Below, one piece after another: positions 26,334 to 37,167 of a stretch of 64,000 bases of DNA. The notes below the pieces were generated by a model, which saw only the letters and a program-made list of their open reading frames with translations, was not told where the DNA came from and ran no database searches. How positions within the stretch are numbered: position 1 is the first letter of the stretch; each line of letters opens with the position of its first letter. The stretch spans positions 62,001-126,000 of the forward strand of contig JBPGPT010000011.1 in the NCBI GenBank assembly GCA_051047955.1, in the 5' to 3' direction. Source of the stretch: Cystobasidiomycetes sp. EMM_F5 (Eukaryota). The translations under genes and the position numbers were made by a program.

Positions 26334-26680
26334 GATGCAACTCACATTGCGCTTGTGACAAATCACAAGAACCCTGTACTATACACGCAGATCTCCATAT
26401 CTACACACGATGTTCTTTCGTCTCCAGCTGGGCTAGCTACTTGTGAATTCGGTCAGCACAGCATATGTAGCCTATTCGGGAAAAAATCTTGTATCAATTC
26501 AGGACTGCCAGCGGACAACGGACACGTCAGGCGGACACGGACAGCTGTGCCGGCTATACCACAGGATTTTATGACGGACGTCACAGTGTACCAGTATAAT
26601 ACTCAGGAGATAATGCGAGGTTGGGGAAATGACATATTGATGAATTACGTAGCGGGTTTTGGGCAGATTCCAACCTGTTT

Positions 26681-27402
26681 ATGTCAATTGCGCAAGCTAG
26701 ACTTGACAAAGCGCTGCGATCCGCATTAAGAGACCGCGGCCACTGTTCCAACGTAGGAGCAGATCAACTTGATGAATCCATCGAGTTTCTGGTATCAGAA
26801 TGTTCCGAAGCCGGGCTCCTGACACTCACGCCAGTCGAAGTTAACGAGGGCTCGCGTTCTCGTACGCTAGAGGAGTTGGCGTCTCATCCGTGGACTGGCG
26901 TGCTTGCAACGCATCTGGAAGACCTGCTGAATGTGCCCAATCAAGACATCTTGCTTACCATCGATGAAATACTGCATCAATACGGAAAGCCAGAAGCCTC
27001 TGAAGATTCTGCTGACATCGCAGCGGCAACGCCAATACGCGAATGCGAGCTGTGCGACCGGTCAGCTGCATTGACGTCGCATCACCTGATTCCTAGAAGC
27101 GAACACGGACTATTCGTCAAGCGAGGCTTTTTCACTCTGGACGAATGTCGGTCAAATAAGAACGCCTTGCTTCAGGTTCTTGCGTACTGACAAACTTAGT
27201 TTCGACAGGCCGCAGCCGAATTGCTATGCTGTGTCGTCCTTGCCACTCTGCCGTCCACCGTGCCAAAACGACTCGCGAGTTGGCAAGCGAGTTCAACACG
27301 GTCGAGAAACTACAGCAGGTCTCCGACATTGCACGCTTTGCAGACTGGAATTCGAAGCGTAAAGTATTGCGGACAGTTACGCCCAGCAACAAGAAAAGAT
27401 GA
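26681..27402 (+). CDS. HNH-endonuclease-like protein (YisB type)
   Basis: ECELCDRSAALTSHHLIPRSEH, then after one intron IAMLCRPCHSAVH...RELASEFNTVEKL...RFADW. CxxC/HH/CxxCH pattern of HNH-like proteins. Confidence 0.75.
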
Positions 27403-27476
27403 CGCTGGTCTGGCGCGGGATCATCATGAAACAAGATTTCGACAACAACAAAACCGGACGTAGTGGTCGTGATCGT

Positions 27477-29371
27477 CTAAGCGTCAATGTGCATCTCGTC
27501 TGCATCCTCCTTCTTGTTTACGCCAGGGGGTGTCGTTGCGCCCGCCTGTCCGGCTACAGACGGTACCTCGCCGTTGGCGATACGCTCGAGTTCTCTGCTT
27601 CTCTCGAAATACCTGTTGGGATGGCTCACGCTCTCGCCGTTTCCTAGACCATCACCTTTCTTCACGTCGTACCGCCGAGCATGCGTGATTTCGAAGACAC
27701 GGGTACACGCAACGTGGTAGTGTTGCGATTTTTGGGCATCCAAAATCTCCTTTATTTGCGCAGGATCCGAGATCCCGTATTGCGTCAGCAGAAGCGACTG
27801 GAGATTTTGGGCCGAGAAATGCCTGTATGGACATCCATGCGAATCTTGCGGACCCGGCGTGTCTGATGTTAGAATACGTTGACAACTGGGGAGTATACAT
27901 GGTCAGACCTGACAGGCAAACCGTGTAATTAGGACGCATCGCACTCTTTTGGCGCGTAGTTCTTCCGACCACCTTCGAGTCCGTAACCGTGGCGGATGTT
28001 GTAGCGGTACTCCTTGTTGAACTTGTCGTCCGTAATGGTCGAGAAGCTCTTCCTCCAGAATACCAGAGCTTCCTCTATTGGTAGACCGATACCCTTCAAA
28101 AATAGATTGAACTGCTGTCGGCCGAAATGTTTCAGATGTTTGCTTGTTCGTAAAGTAGTACTCAGGTTGCGCATGCATGCAGGTGCGTGCGCGACAATGA
28201 GATCGTTGACCATTCCGGCTGTAACAAGCTCTCCATTCGCACCGTCCGCATTATAACTGAATTCGGAGGAAACTCCAGCCATGAAGCCCATCGACAGATG
28301 GTTGAGCACAGGAAGTAGCCGATCGTCTTCGTCTAACCTTGGCAATGCTCGCGCTGTTGCCTATCTGCAGAGTCAGTCGGCGCCATTACTTCATTTGACA
28401 CTCCCTTACCTCCAGAGCTCTATCTAGACGGCTGTTGAATTCTGCCATGATGAGTGACAGCTGCATGCTCATCGGAACGTAAGCTTGACCTCCTTTCAAA
28501 TAGACGCGTCGTTTTTCCACCAGGTCCGTAACTTTCGTCCAGTGCACCTGCTTGCACGTCAATTGTTGAATAAATGCAGATAGATGAGTTGCTGACCCTA
28601 AAGTAGGCTTCCGACTCGAAGTTCTTCAAAAACGGCGTCGCACTCTTCAATTCGTTGTGTAGCTCATTCTTCTCTGTTTGTGACAGCTGTTCATATGTGT
28701 TGGGTAAGTTTAGGGAAGTTGCAGATGCAGCGTTGCTTACAGGTTGCCAGTCGAAGTTGAGCGTCTCTAAGAAATTCTTCCGCTCCTCTAAGCTGTCTCC
28801 TTCAAACCGTATCCGGAACAGGGTAGACTCAGCCTTGATGAAGCGTTGTCGTAGCTCTTGACTGCATATCGCCGGAACGCAAATACAATTAGCCTAAGTG
28901 TTGAACTACTCGCGAAGAGGATCAAGTTGCTGACGTTCGACAGAAAGCGAGTCGCAGGACGAAATGGCCAATGTGATCCTTGCGTCGTTCGGCTAGGAGA
29001 TCAACATGGGCCGTATTGCTAGACAGTGGTAGATATTGCTTAAGTCGCGGGGCGAGCACCTTTGCTATCTCGTCTACAGGTCGGTTACGCGTCAACAGAG
29101 CTTCAATGTCCGCGAGGACTGCATTTATATCAATCAATTTGTCAGTAAACATCGCAACCAGAACAGCCTTCGCCAGCGCACCTCGCAAGCGGTCCAAAGC
29201 CCACTCCTCGAACTGCTCGATGGTGATCTCCTCGAATGGCGGTCGGTTGTAGAAGCTCAGGCGGTATGGATAATCCTTCGGTGCTTCGTTGTTTGCATGT
29301 TGACCGGATTTCACCACGGAATGTCGAGCGACCTCGCTAGGCCGGCTGGGCGCATTGCTGGACTTGAACAT
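27477..29371 (-). CDS. PRI2: DNA primase large subunit
   Basis: YPYRLSFYNRPP, ERRKDHIGHFVLRLAFC, HAPACMRNL...HLKHFGRQQFNLFLKG, YNIRHGYGLEG, HGCPYRHF, HYHVACTRVFE (Fe-S domain). Six introns. Confidence 0.95.
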
Positions 29372-29575
29372 TCTGCAGCAGATACGCCGTGCTTGCTAGA
29401 ACTGAGGGCAAGCTTGCGTCGGGTCGTTATGCCTCGTAAAGTGCAAGTTGCACTCAGACAGGGCAAAGAAGCGCGTTTTTGCCAAACATGGTAAATACGT
29501 TCTGAAGGGCCAAGGTCAACTCCATAATGCCAATTCTACCGTGACGTGAAGCTATACAACAGTAAAGATGTGTCC

Positions 29576-30451
29576 TCATCTGTATCCCTCCTTGTAACGC
29601 GCAAAAGGATCTTGCCGATGCTGCCATTGATACGGATCATCTGGCGTGCAGTAGGCGATGTAGGGTAATTCTTGGCGTGCAGGAGACCCCATACTGGGAG
29701 AGCTTACTTGAGAACTGGAATGTGTACGCGTTTTTTTGGGAGACTTTGCGCCTGCTACGTTTGGCGAGTTCACAAAACGCCTGTCCTGGATGAGCATGCC
29801 AGCCGAAGACTGTGGAAGTCGAGGCTGTGATGTTAAGCCCAGATTTAAAGGATAAGCATATAGTGCCTCCGGCTGACCATATCCAGGACTATTGTGACCG
29901 GGACTAGACATGCCAGGCGAACGGGTATTGATGGCAGAGCTACTAGAATATCGGCGCGTGGGCGGCATCGACGCGGGGGCTGCCTTTTGGGCTTTCGAGC
30001 TTGATACCGAGCGAGAGATCTCTGAACGCGTGAATTGTCTTGATGACATACTTTCCTCCGACCTAGTAGAGGATGCAGGCCTTGTCGCGATGCCATCCTT
30101 TTCCTTCACGACATCCGAACCATTCAGCGTGCGGTGCGGGGAGGACAGCGCAGGCGCGGGAAGTCTATATAGGGTAGGAGCACTGTAGCTTCTTGGCACA
30201 TGTAGAGCTCCTGGTGCGGACATCGCAGGCGGGGGAGGGTAGCCATAGTTCGAATTACTTGCGAAACGACTTGACATGCTTGATAAATTGTGTAACCGAA
30301 CCCTCTGTCGGTCTAGTAGTACCTGCATGGCCTCTTCGCGCTCTTGCTCTAAGCGTCCAGTCAGCTCACAGCCTGAGTGCAACTCTTCAGCAGACTTACT
30401 TGGAAGATAGGCGATCCTGTTGAGCTCGGCCAAAGGAGTTCTGGTCGTCAT
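29576..30451 (-). CDS. Hypothetical Ser/Pro-rich protein
   Basis: Uninterrupted 291-aa ORF filling the gap between genes; low complexity, no recognisable domain. Confidence 0.55.
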   Translation of the reverse strand: MTTRTPLAELNRIAYLPSKSAEELHSGCELTGRLEQEREEAMQVLLDRQRVRLHNLSSMSSRFASNSNYGYPPPPAMSAPGALHVPRSYSAPTLYRLPAPALSSPHRTLNGSDVVKEKDGIATRPASSTRSEESMSSRQFTRSEISRSVSSSKAQKAAPASMPPTRRYSSSSAINTRSPGMSSPGHNSPGYGQPEALYAYPLNLGLTSQPRLPQSSAGMLIQDRRFVNSPNVAGAKSPKKTRTHSSSQVSSPSMGSPARQELPYIAYCTPDDPYQWQHRQDPFARYKEGYR

Positions 30452-31139
30452 CCTGTTTGCGTGTGTCGGATAAATGCTGAAGGTCGTACGGGAAGGAATG
30501 AAATGTCTGTGAGGTATACGGATTGTGCTTGGATGCCAGGTGCGCTGAAGAGAGCCGCGTCAGAGCGCAGAGCACATTGTCACTGCAACGCGCGCGACGA
30601 CAAGTACATTCCAATGGGGCACATTGTCAGTCCTAACGCCCTAGTCATCGCTTTAGTGTCAGACAAAAGTGCAGAGATCGCATTCAAGGCTGCATCAAAT
30701 CACGGGGTACTACACATCGCCCCGCTCGCTGGTGACGGGTACAACCGTCTGCACATGCTTTTCACTCAATTAGTGGTAAGTAACGGTCGAGTTTGTACTT
30801 TCAGCTGCCTTTTTGCTGTGTCCGCAAGGCGGGTACAACAGTCAGCCTCGCCTGGATCAGTATCGGGCGAACTTTTCCATGTAAATTGGTAGTCATTGCC
30901 TAACAACCCTCGCGGTCAGAGCGCAATTGCCCGACTTTGCCGTGTTGCCCGCATTGAAGTTTAGCAGACGTGTGTCAGACAGAGCCACCCGAGGAGGTTG
31001 TAATCAGTGTAGGACATCATCGCAGGCGTTAGTATCTGCGGTTACAGCCGTGTCACCGCCGCAGGCGACCAATTGTCGGGGCGAACGAGACGCATCTTCC
31101 AGCTGCGGCATTTCCAACGTACCGAGACTGTATGACTTT

Positions 31140-31155
31140 ATGATTACGTAATCAT
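31140..31155. promoter_or_regulatory. Perfect 16-bp palindrome with a TTACGTAA bZIP (Yap/PAR-type) core upstream of the PAD gene
   Basis: ATGATTACGTAATCAT is its own reverse complement and lies about 270 bp upstream of ATG 31424. Confidence 0.45.
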
Positions 31156-31423
31156 GACGCAGAGCCTACAAAACTCGCTTGCGGACTTGTATTTCGCCGA
31201 CAAAAATTGTGACAGCTTCCTTAGAACGTCGCCGCAGTCAGCTGCTCAGCTCACTCTCGTTCCACATACTCCACCCTGCTGACCGGCAAATATTCGTTGA
31301 CTTGTAGGTCGAATGGGTGACGCGCATTACAGTCATCATACTGACTTGGATGCCTTTCTTGAACAGTCATCCTGACTGTAGTTGACGACACCTATCATAT
31401 CGGAGCGAAGGCAAAATTCCCTC

Positions 31424-31963
31424 ATGGCTTCACACAAGCTCCCCGCTTTTCTGACAAACACCAAGCTCGACCCTTCTTTCAAGGAGGATGTCCTCGACAC
31501 GCACTTAATGTACGACTACGACGCACAAGCTGAGGATGGCACGCCAGAAAAGTGGCGATACGAAGCTTGGTTCGTCTCGGAGAATCGCATCGTCTATGCT
31601 ATCCATGGCGGTCCGATGGCTGGACGGGTCAATTACCAGACCTGTACATACCAATGCGTGCGACCACATGAAATATGGCAGATCTCATGGTTGGAGGAGA
31701 CCGGCACCGTTTGCAGTGCCGTCTGGGACATTCAGAACAAGACAATGACGACACTCTTGTCATTCTCAGAAGGACATTGGACCAAGCCCAAGGAAGCTCA
31801 TGGGGACAAGAGGAATCCGAAAGACTTTGCACGGTGGAAGGAGCTCGCCAAGATCGGCAAGCAGACCGATAGGTTCATGCTGTCGGAACAAGGTCATATC
31901 GTGGAAAGCTTCAAGGGCAAGGGAGACTTGGAGCCTATAGACTTGAACGCAGAAACGTTGTAG
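31424..31963 (+). CDS. PAD: Phenolic (ferulic/p-coumaric) acid decarboxylase, PadC-like, cofactor-independent
   Basis: HLMYDYD...WRYE...RIVYAIHGGPMAGR...WQISWLEETGT motifs with the catalytic Tyr pair, Arg and Glu. Intronless CDS. Confidence 0.9.
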   Translation: MASHKLPAFLTNTKLDPSFKEDVLDTHLMYDYDAQAEDGTPEKWRYEAWFVSENRIVYAIHGGPMAGRVNYQTCTYQCVRPHEIWQISWLEETGTVCSAVWDIQNKTMTTLLSFSEGHWTKPKEAHGDKRNPKDFARWKELAKIGKQTDRFMLSEQGHIVESFKGKGDLEPIDLNAETL

Positions 31964-32046
31964 AGGCAGCAATGACTGTTTCTAGTAATACAAGTGTGCC
32001 AAACGTACATCACCTTCGTGCTACACTTGCAGAAGAAAATTCCTCA

Positions 32047-35000
32047 TTATCGCTTTCTAGTGGGAGCTTTCGTTTTTGTTGGCCGCTCGTCTTCCGACTC
32101 AACATCGTCCAACATGACATTGTCTTCCTCATCGTCGTCATTGTCGCTGTTGGCTCTGCTTGCCTTTTTGCTTCGGCTTGAGGTGGCAGTTCTTGATGCG
32201 GTGGAACGAGCTGGCGCGAAGCTTAACTGCGACTGTGTGGATTTAGCAGCAGTCTTTCTGCCGGCTGTGGGTTTTGCCGCTGCTGCTTTTGCGGGTGCGG
32301 TTGGCTTTTTCGATACAGTCTTCCGTGATGCATCTTCCTCCTCTTCTGCCGAATCGTCCTGAAACTGTGTATATCGGATAAGCCAGATGCACTCGCCCAA
32401 CGCTTCAGCAGACGACTTACTAGACTCTTCTTTCCTTTGCCTTTGCTGGCAGCAGTACTCTTTGCCGCTCCTTTTTTGCCGGTCACTGCTGGAGTGCCGC
32501 CGTCCGATCCATCGAGGGACATGCGGCCAAAGTCCGAGTGGTCACTACCAGCCTCTTCCTCTTCTGGCTCTTCCTGTCGTTGCTTGCCTTTGGTCTGACG
32601 ATATAATCCGTCAAGTACGAGCGTTTGAGAATTTAGTAGTGCTCACTTACCTTCTTTCCTGTACGTTCCTCAAACTCTTGAGCCAAAGTATTCTTGGCGT
32701 TCTGCATACCTGCTTCAATCTCTTCGTCTGACCCGTTTTCTTCGTTGCGTTCCGCTTTCTCGATAGATTTCCTTTGAGCTTCAAGTGTCTTGCTAATAAA
32801 GCTGTGAATATCGGTGAGATGGCATACCGTAGCTGTCGTTTCTGGCGCTAATAGTTATCGACCTACGCTTCGATGGCATGCTTATCATCCTTCTCAACGT
32901 ACGCATTGACAGCGTGTCCAATGCCATTTTCATGGAGCATGAGCAGAGTCTGCGCTTCCAGATACTGCCTAACCAGAGTCTCTACCCTAATCTTCTCTAT
33001 CCTTTCTGGCAGCTCGCCACTGCCGAATTGTGCAGGATCGAGGCCCTCTGGCTGGTCGATTGTAACCTTCTTGCCATTACGGTTGATCTGTTTGCGTTTT
33101 GAAAAAAGGATGATGTCGCGAGGGTTGGCCACCTTGTTTGTAAAATCCTGCCCGAAACGTTGCGGGTTGCCAACTTCATGATTACTATATTCCACTCTAA
33201 GCCGAATCAATGGAAGCATTTTTTCCGGTGGGTGCTCCTCGTCGGCATACAGCTCGTCCCACTCCTCGTTTGCGCGCTTGATGAGGTCATTGACCCGCTG
33301 CTTGAGGTACTTGGTGACTTGTACCTTGTTATCGAGCTGAACGGACTCGATCTCTTGCACATCGCTGAGCCTGACTTCATCCATAACGAAGGGTCGCACA
33401 GTTCTCAGTCGCAGCTTTTGCATGCTGAAGTCTCTGCCTTGGATTGTAAGCAGGCCGACGTGTTTGGGTATAGATTCGCCCATGGACAGAGATGTAGCCA
33501 CCGACGATCCCGGTTGCGAGATGTAGTATGCTTTACCAGTGACTGGCTCTGGATCTATACGACAATCATGCTCGTGACCCCAGATGATGAGGTCAACCTC
33601 ATCGCCAAACCCATTCTCGGGTACTGAAGATTTTGGTCCGTGCGCTACACGATTTTGATGAATGAGAAGCAGGTTGAACCAATCGTTGGCATTTTCCGAC
33701 GGTCGAAACATTGAAATCCGATTCTTGCGCATCTCTGCATGGAACCGTTCGTCTCGAATATTTCCCACGCCATACATTGCGAGGTTTGTCTCTCCCTTTC
33801 GCAAGAGGATAGGCTTTACTTGTATACCAGACTCTCGTGCTTCCTCATCTGTTGTGGCTTCGCCTGGAAGCTCCTGCCGACCAAAGTAATTCACGAGACC
33901 GCTTGCCGAGAGGAGATCGAGCGCGCACAGGGCACCTTCAGGTCCCGCACCTTGAGGATCGTCGTGATTGCCGTGTATAGAGAAGACTGGTAGGGCAATA
34001 TTGTAGTTTTCGTCTTCGTAGTTGATGGGAGGGAAACTGGTGGTGGAGACATTCAGCCTTGATACTACCAGTGCTCGTAGACAGAAGCGACGCACTCATA
34101 TCCTGTTTGTAAACCCACACCGGCGTCACTGATGATCTCTAGAGCGATAGGTCTTGAGCCCATACAGTATTCGCGCAAGAGCGCGACTGTCTGATGTAAA
34201 GAGGCTCGGGATGGTTTGTTTTCGTGAAACAGGTCGCCTGCAAGCAAAAGCATATCGACCTAGGTGAAATAGCCTAAGATGCGAGACATCAATGGCAAGC
34301 ATTAACGCGCTTACATCATTCGCCTTTGCAAGTTGAAGGATCTCTCGGAACGTTTCTATACTATCACGACCTCTGACAGGGTCCCTCTCGTTGTACCCGA
34401 TATGATTGTCCGTCGCCACGAGTATCTACACGCCACGGAGGAGAGAGCTTAATCTTCGAGTCTACGCGTTGAGTTGATCTGCTGACCTTTATACAGTCCT
34501 CGTCTCGTTCGTCTTCAGGTCGCAATGCTCTCCCCGCTTGCTCACCATCTTCATCCTGACTGCCATTTTGTGTGTGAGGGTATCCGTTGCCGGAAGGAGG
34601 AGGGGTTGCAGAAGCTAGGTCGCGTGTCGCTCGAGATTGTTGTGGGATAGCTGATGATGCCAGTTCATCGCGTTCTTCAGGTACACCCAAACTTGGGCTC
34701 CTTTCTCTGCGTTGCGACATAGTCCCAGGTGTAGCAGAGCCATTGCTTCTTCCGCTGGGTCCCGCTCTGCCATTTGCGGCATGGCTGTCACCATCGTCGT
34801 CGCTGTCCGCTATGACGATGCCCCGTGCAGTGCCTTCATCGACGTGACTGTCATCCTGCACAGAGAATGCTGCTTGGCTCCTTCTACTGGCTGACTGCGT
34901 ACTGCGGCTGGCTGCTGCAGTTCGCCCTGCAGAAGTTGTTGCTTTTTTGCGCGTTGAGCTGCTGCTTGCACTAAACACGCATTACGAATTGTTTAGATAT

Positions 35001-35054
35001 CCAGACATCAGCTGTTCATGGCATGAGTTCAAGTCAGGCTTGCACCCACACCAT
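32047..35054 (-). CDS. MRE11: Double-strand-break repair nuclease Mre11
   Basis: [72 protein letters not shown]. The start at 35054 is inferred from a 5-nt first exon (ATGGT|gtgggt). Confidence 0.95.
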
Positions 35055-35413
35055 GATTGTGTGCAGATATCATGAATTGCCCATTGCGCTGGTGGACCAC
35101 AGTGCGGACATGTCAAAGCAACGATATTGATGAAGCGACAAATGAACAGCCAGATGACAGCAAAGACGGATAGGAATGTATACCACAATGCACAACCTGA
35201 CAGGCATATTAATTGTTAGACCACAGCCTGCCTTGATCCTCTTTCCAACAGACGGTTGTGCTGTTTGCGCGGCTGGCTTCAAACCGAGTTGTAATAAGCT
35301 TGCATTTCATACAAAGTGTCCAATTGCAAGTCGCCAAACAATGTTTCGATGTACCTGCCCGCATTCGCTGCCTACTTGCCCTTCATGCCTATAGAGGTTT
35401 GTGCAGACTCGCA

Positions 35414-36889
35414 ATGCCTCACCTCTCGAGAACGGGCGCATATTGCGTATTTGGCGGAGTGCTGCTCGCCTACACGGCTCAGGTAAACACAGAGGCGTAG
35501 TGCGTTGCGCGAGCTCATACATGCTTGACTTCTCAGTGCGAACTAGCTTCCTTCCTCAATCGCACCGGATACGCTCAGCCCTTCTTCCTACTGTACCTCA
35601 CTCACTCGTCGTACACGCTGGTCGGAGTGCTCCACATTGCGGCCCTTCGCGTGCTCGGCATCCCTCTCTCGCCTTTGCTGAGTGATTTGCAAATCGCTTT
35701 GCGCGGTCAACTGGGCACTTCACCGTCGCATGCCGAGAACGACTGGGCTACCTTTCCGACATATAGAGCATTTCAGCGTCTTGCTTCCCTCACCATACTC
35801 ATCGCACTACCAGCTGGTATCTGGTATGCCTCCATTAGCCTCACTTCCATGACGAGCCTCACCGCTCTGTACAATCTAAACGCATTCTGGGCATACATAC
35901 TCTCCATACACTACTCGCGGTCTGACAAGTGGGCACTCCGACCCAGTATAGCAGTAGGAATAGCGTGTCTAGGCGTGTTGGTCATGACGGCAGGCGACTC
36001 CAAGTCGGAAGCTGCGAATACAAGGAAAGATGCCCGCGATACGCCAAGCGAAGGGGACAGGACTGCTGCGAGTCGGCTATTGGGTGATCTGCTAGGCCTC
36101 CTCAGCAGTGCCGCGTGTGGCTTCTACGAAGTATGGTACAAGCGATACATCGCTTTGCCGTCAGTTGCGGACCTGCAACTCGAATCGAGACCGAGCGCGT
36201 CTCAAGGAATGCCGTTTCATGCGACTCATGCTTCGCGACCGTCGTATTCTCAGCTGCTGGCGTCAAACTCCGGTAATACGTATGACACGCACTCTACTCT
36301 GAATGGTGATACTACAGGTGGTGCCATTCGTGGGGAAGTGTTCAAGATTGATGGGGACCACGACATTCGGGACGCAAACAATGAAGACGAAGACGGCCTC
36401 AATCCTGCAGGACACGTTTGTCCAAAGACCAACTCGTCCTTGTTTCTCTTCCATGCCAATTCAATCACCGCTGCTATCGGGATCTGCACAGCATGTCTCC
36501 TCTGGATTCCGATACCTCTGCTACATATGCTAGGGTGGGAAGTATTCCGCCTTCCGCCAGATTGGACGACCTTTTTCGCTATATGCGGAGTCTGTCTATG
36601 TGGCGTGAGCTTCAATGCGGGCTTTATGATACTACTGTCTCTATGGGGACCAGTCGTCACATCTGTCGGAAATCTCTTCACCCTCATCCTAGTGGCCGCG
36701 GCGGATGAGATCATTGCTCTCACGAATGGATACAGTGCCCTCAGCTTTTCTACGCTTGCTGGCAGCGGGCTCATCCTAGCAAGCTTCGGAATGCTCGTCA
36801 ATCATCCAGTACATGAAGAGCACAACGGCCAAACTCCAACTACCAAAGCTTTTCCTGCTGTAGTGCCGGGGTGCGAGGATGAAGAGTAA
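35414..36889 (+). CDS. EamA/DMT-superfamily transporter (SLC35F-like)
   Basis: Multiple hydrophobic helices; YAQPFFLLYLTHS, TALYNLNAFWAY, GDLLGLLSSAACGFYEVWYK, LSLWGPVVTSVG. One 5' intron. Confidence 0.8.
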
Positions 36890-37167
36890 TGATGGCTCAG
36901 TATTTCAGTATGATCCGGTAGCAGGGTTACCAGTGTAGCGTGCTTCAGTAGATGTAGTCAATCGTCAGTAAAGAAGTCTTCATGTGTGTTTCCGCGATGC
37001 ACGGCAGCCATATGCATCGGTGTGTAATACAGTCGTTCTACTACGTCAAGTCCGTTGGCACACAGCTCAAACAGACAACCCACTGCGTCTATTATTCCAG
37101 TGTCCAATGCAGCGTCGCCGTGCAGCTGAACGAAGTCTATGTGGTGCGAGCAGTAAATGTCGGCTCA

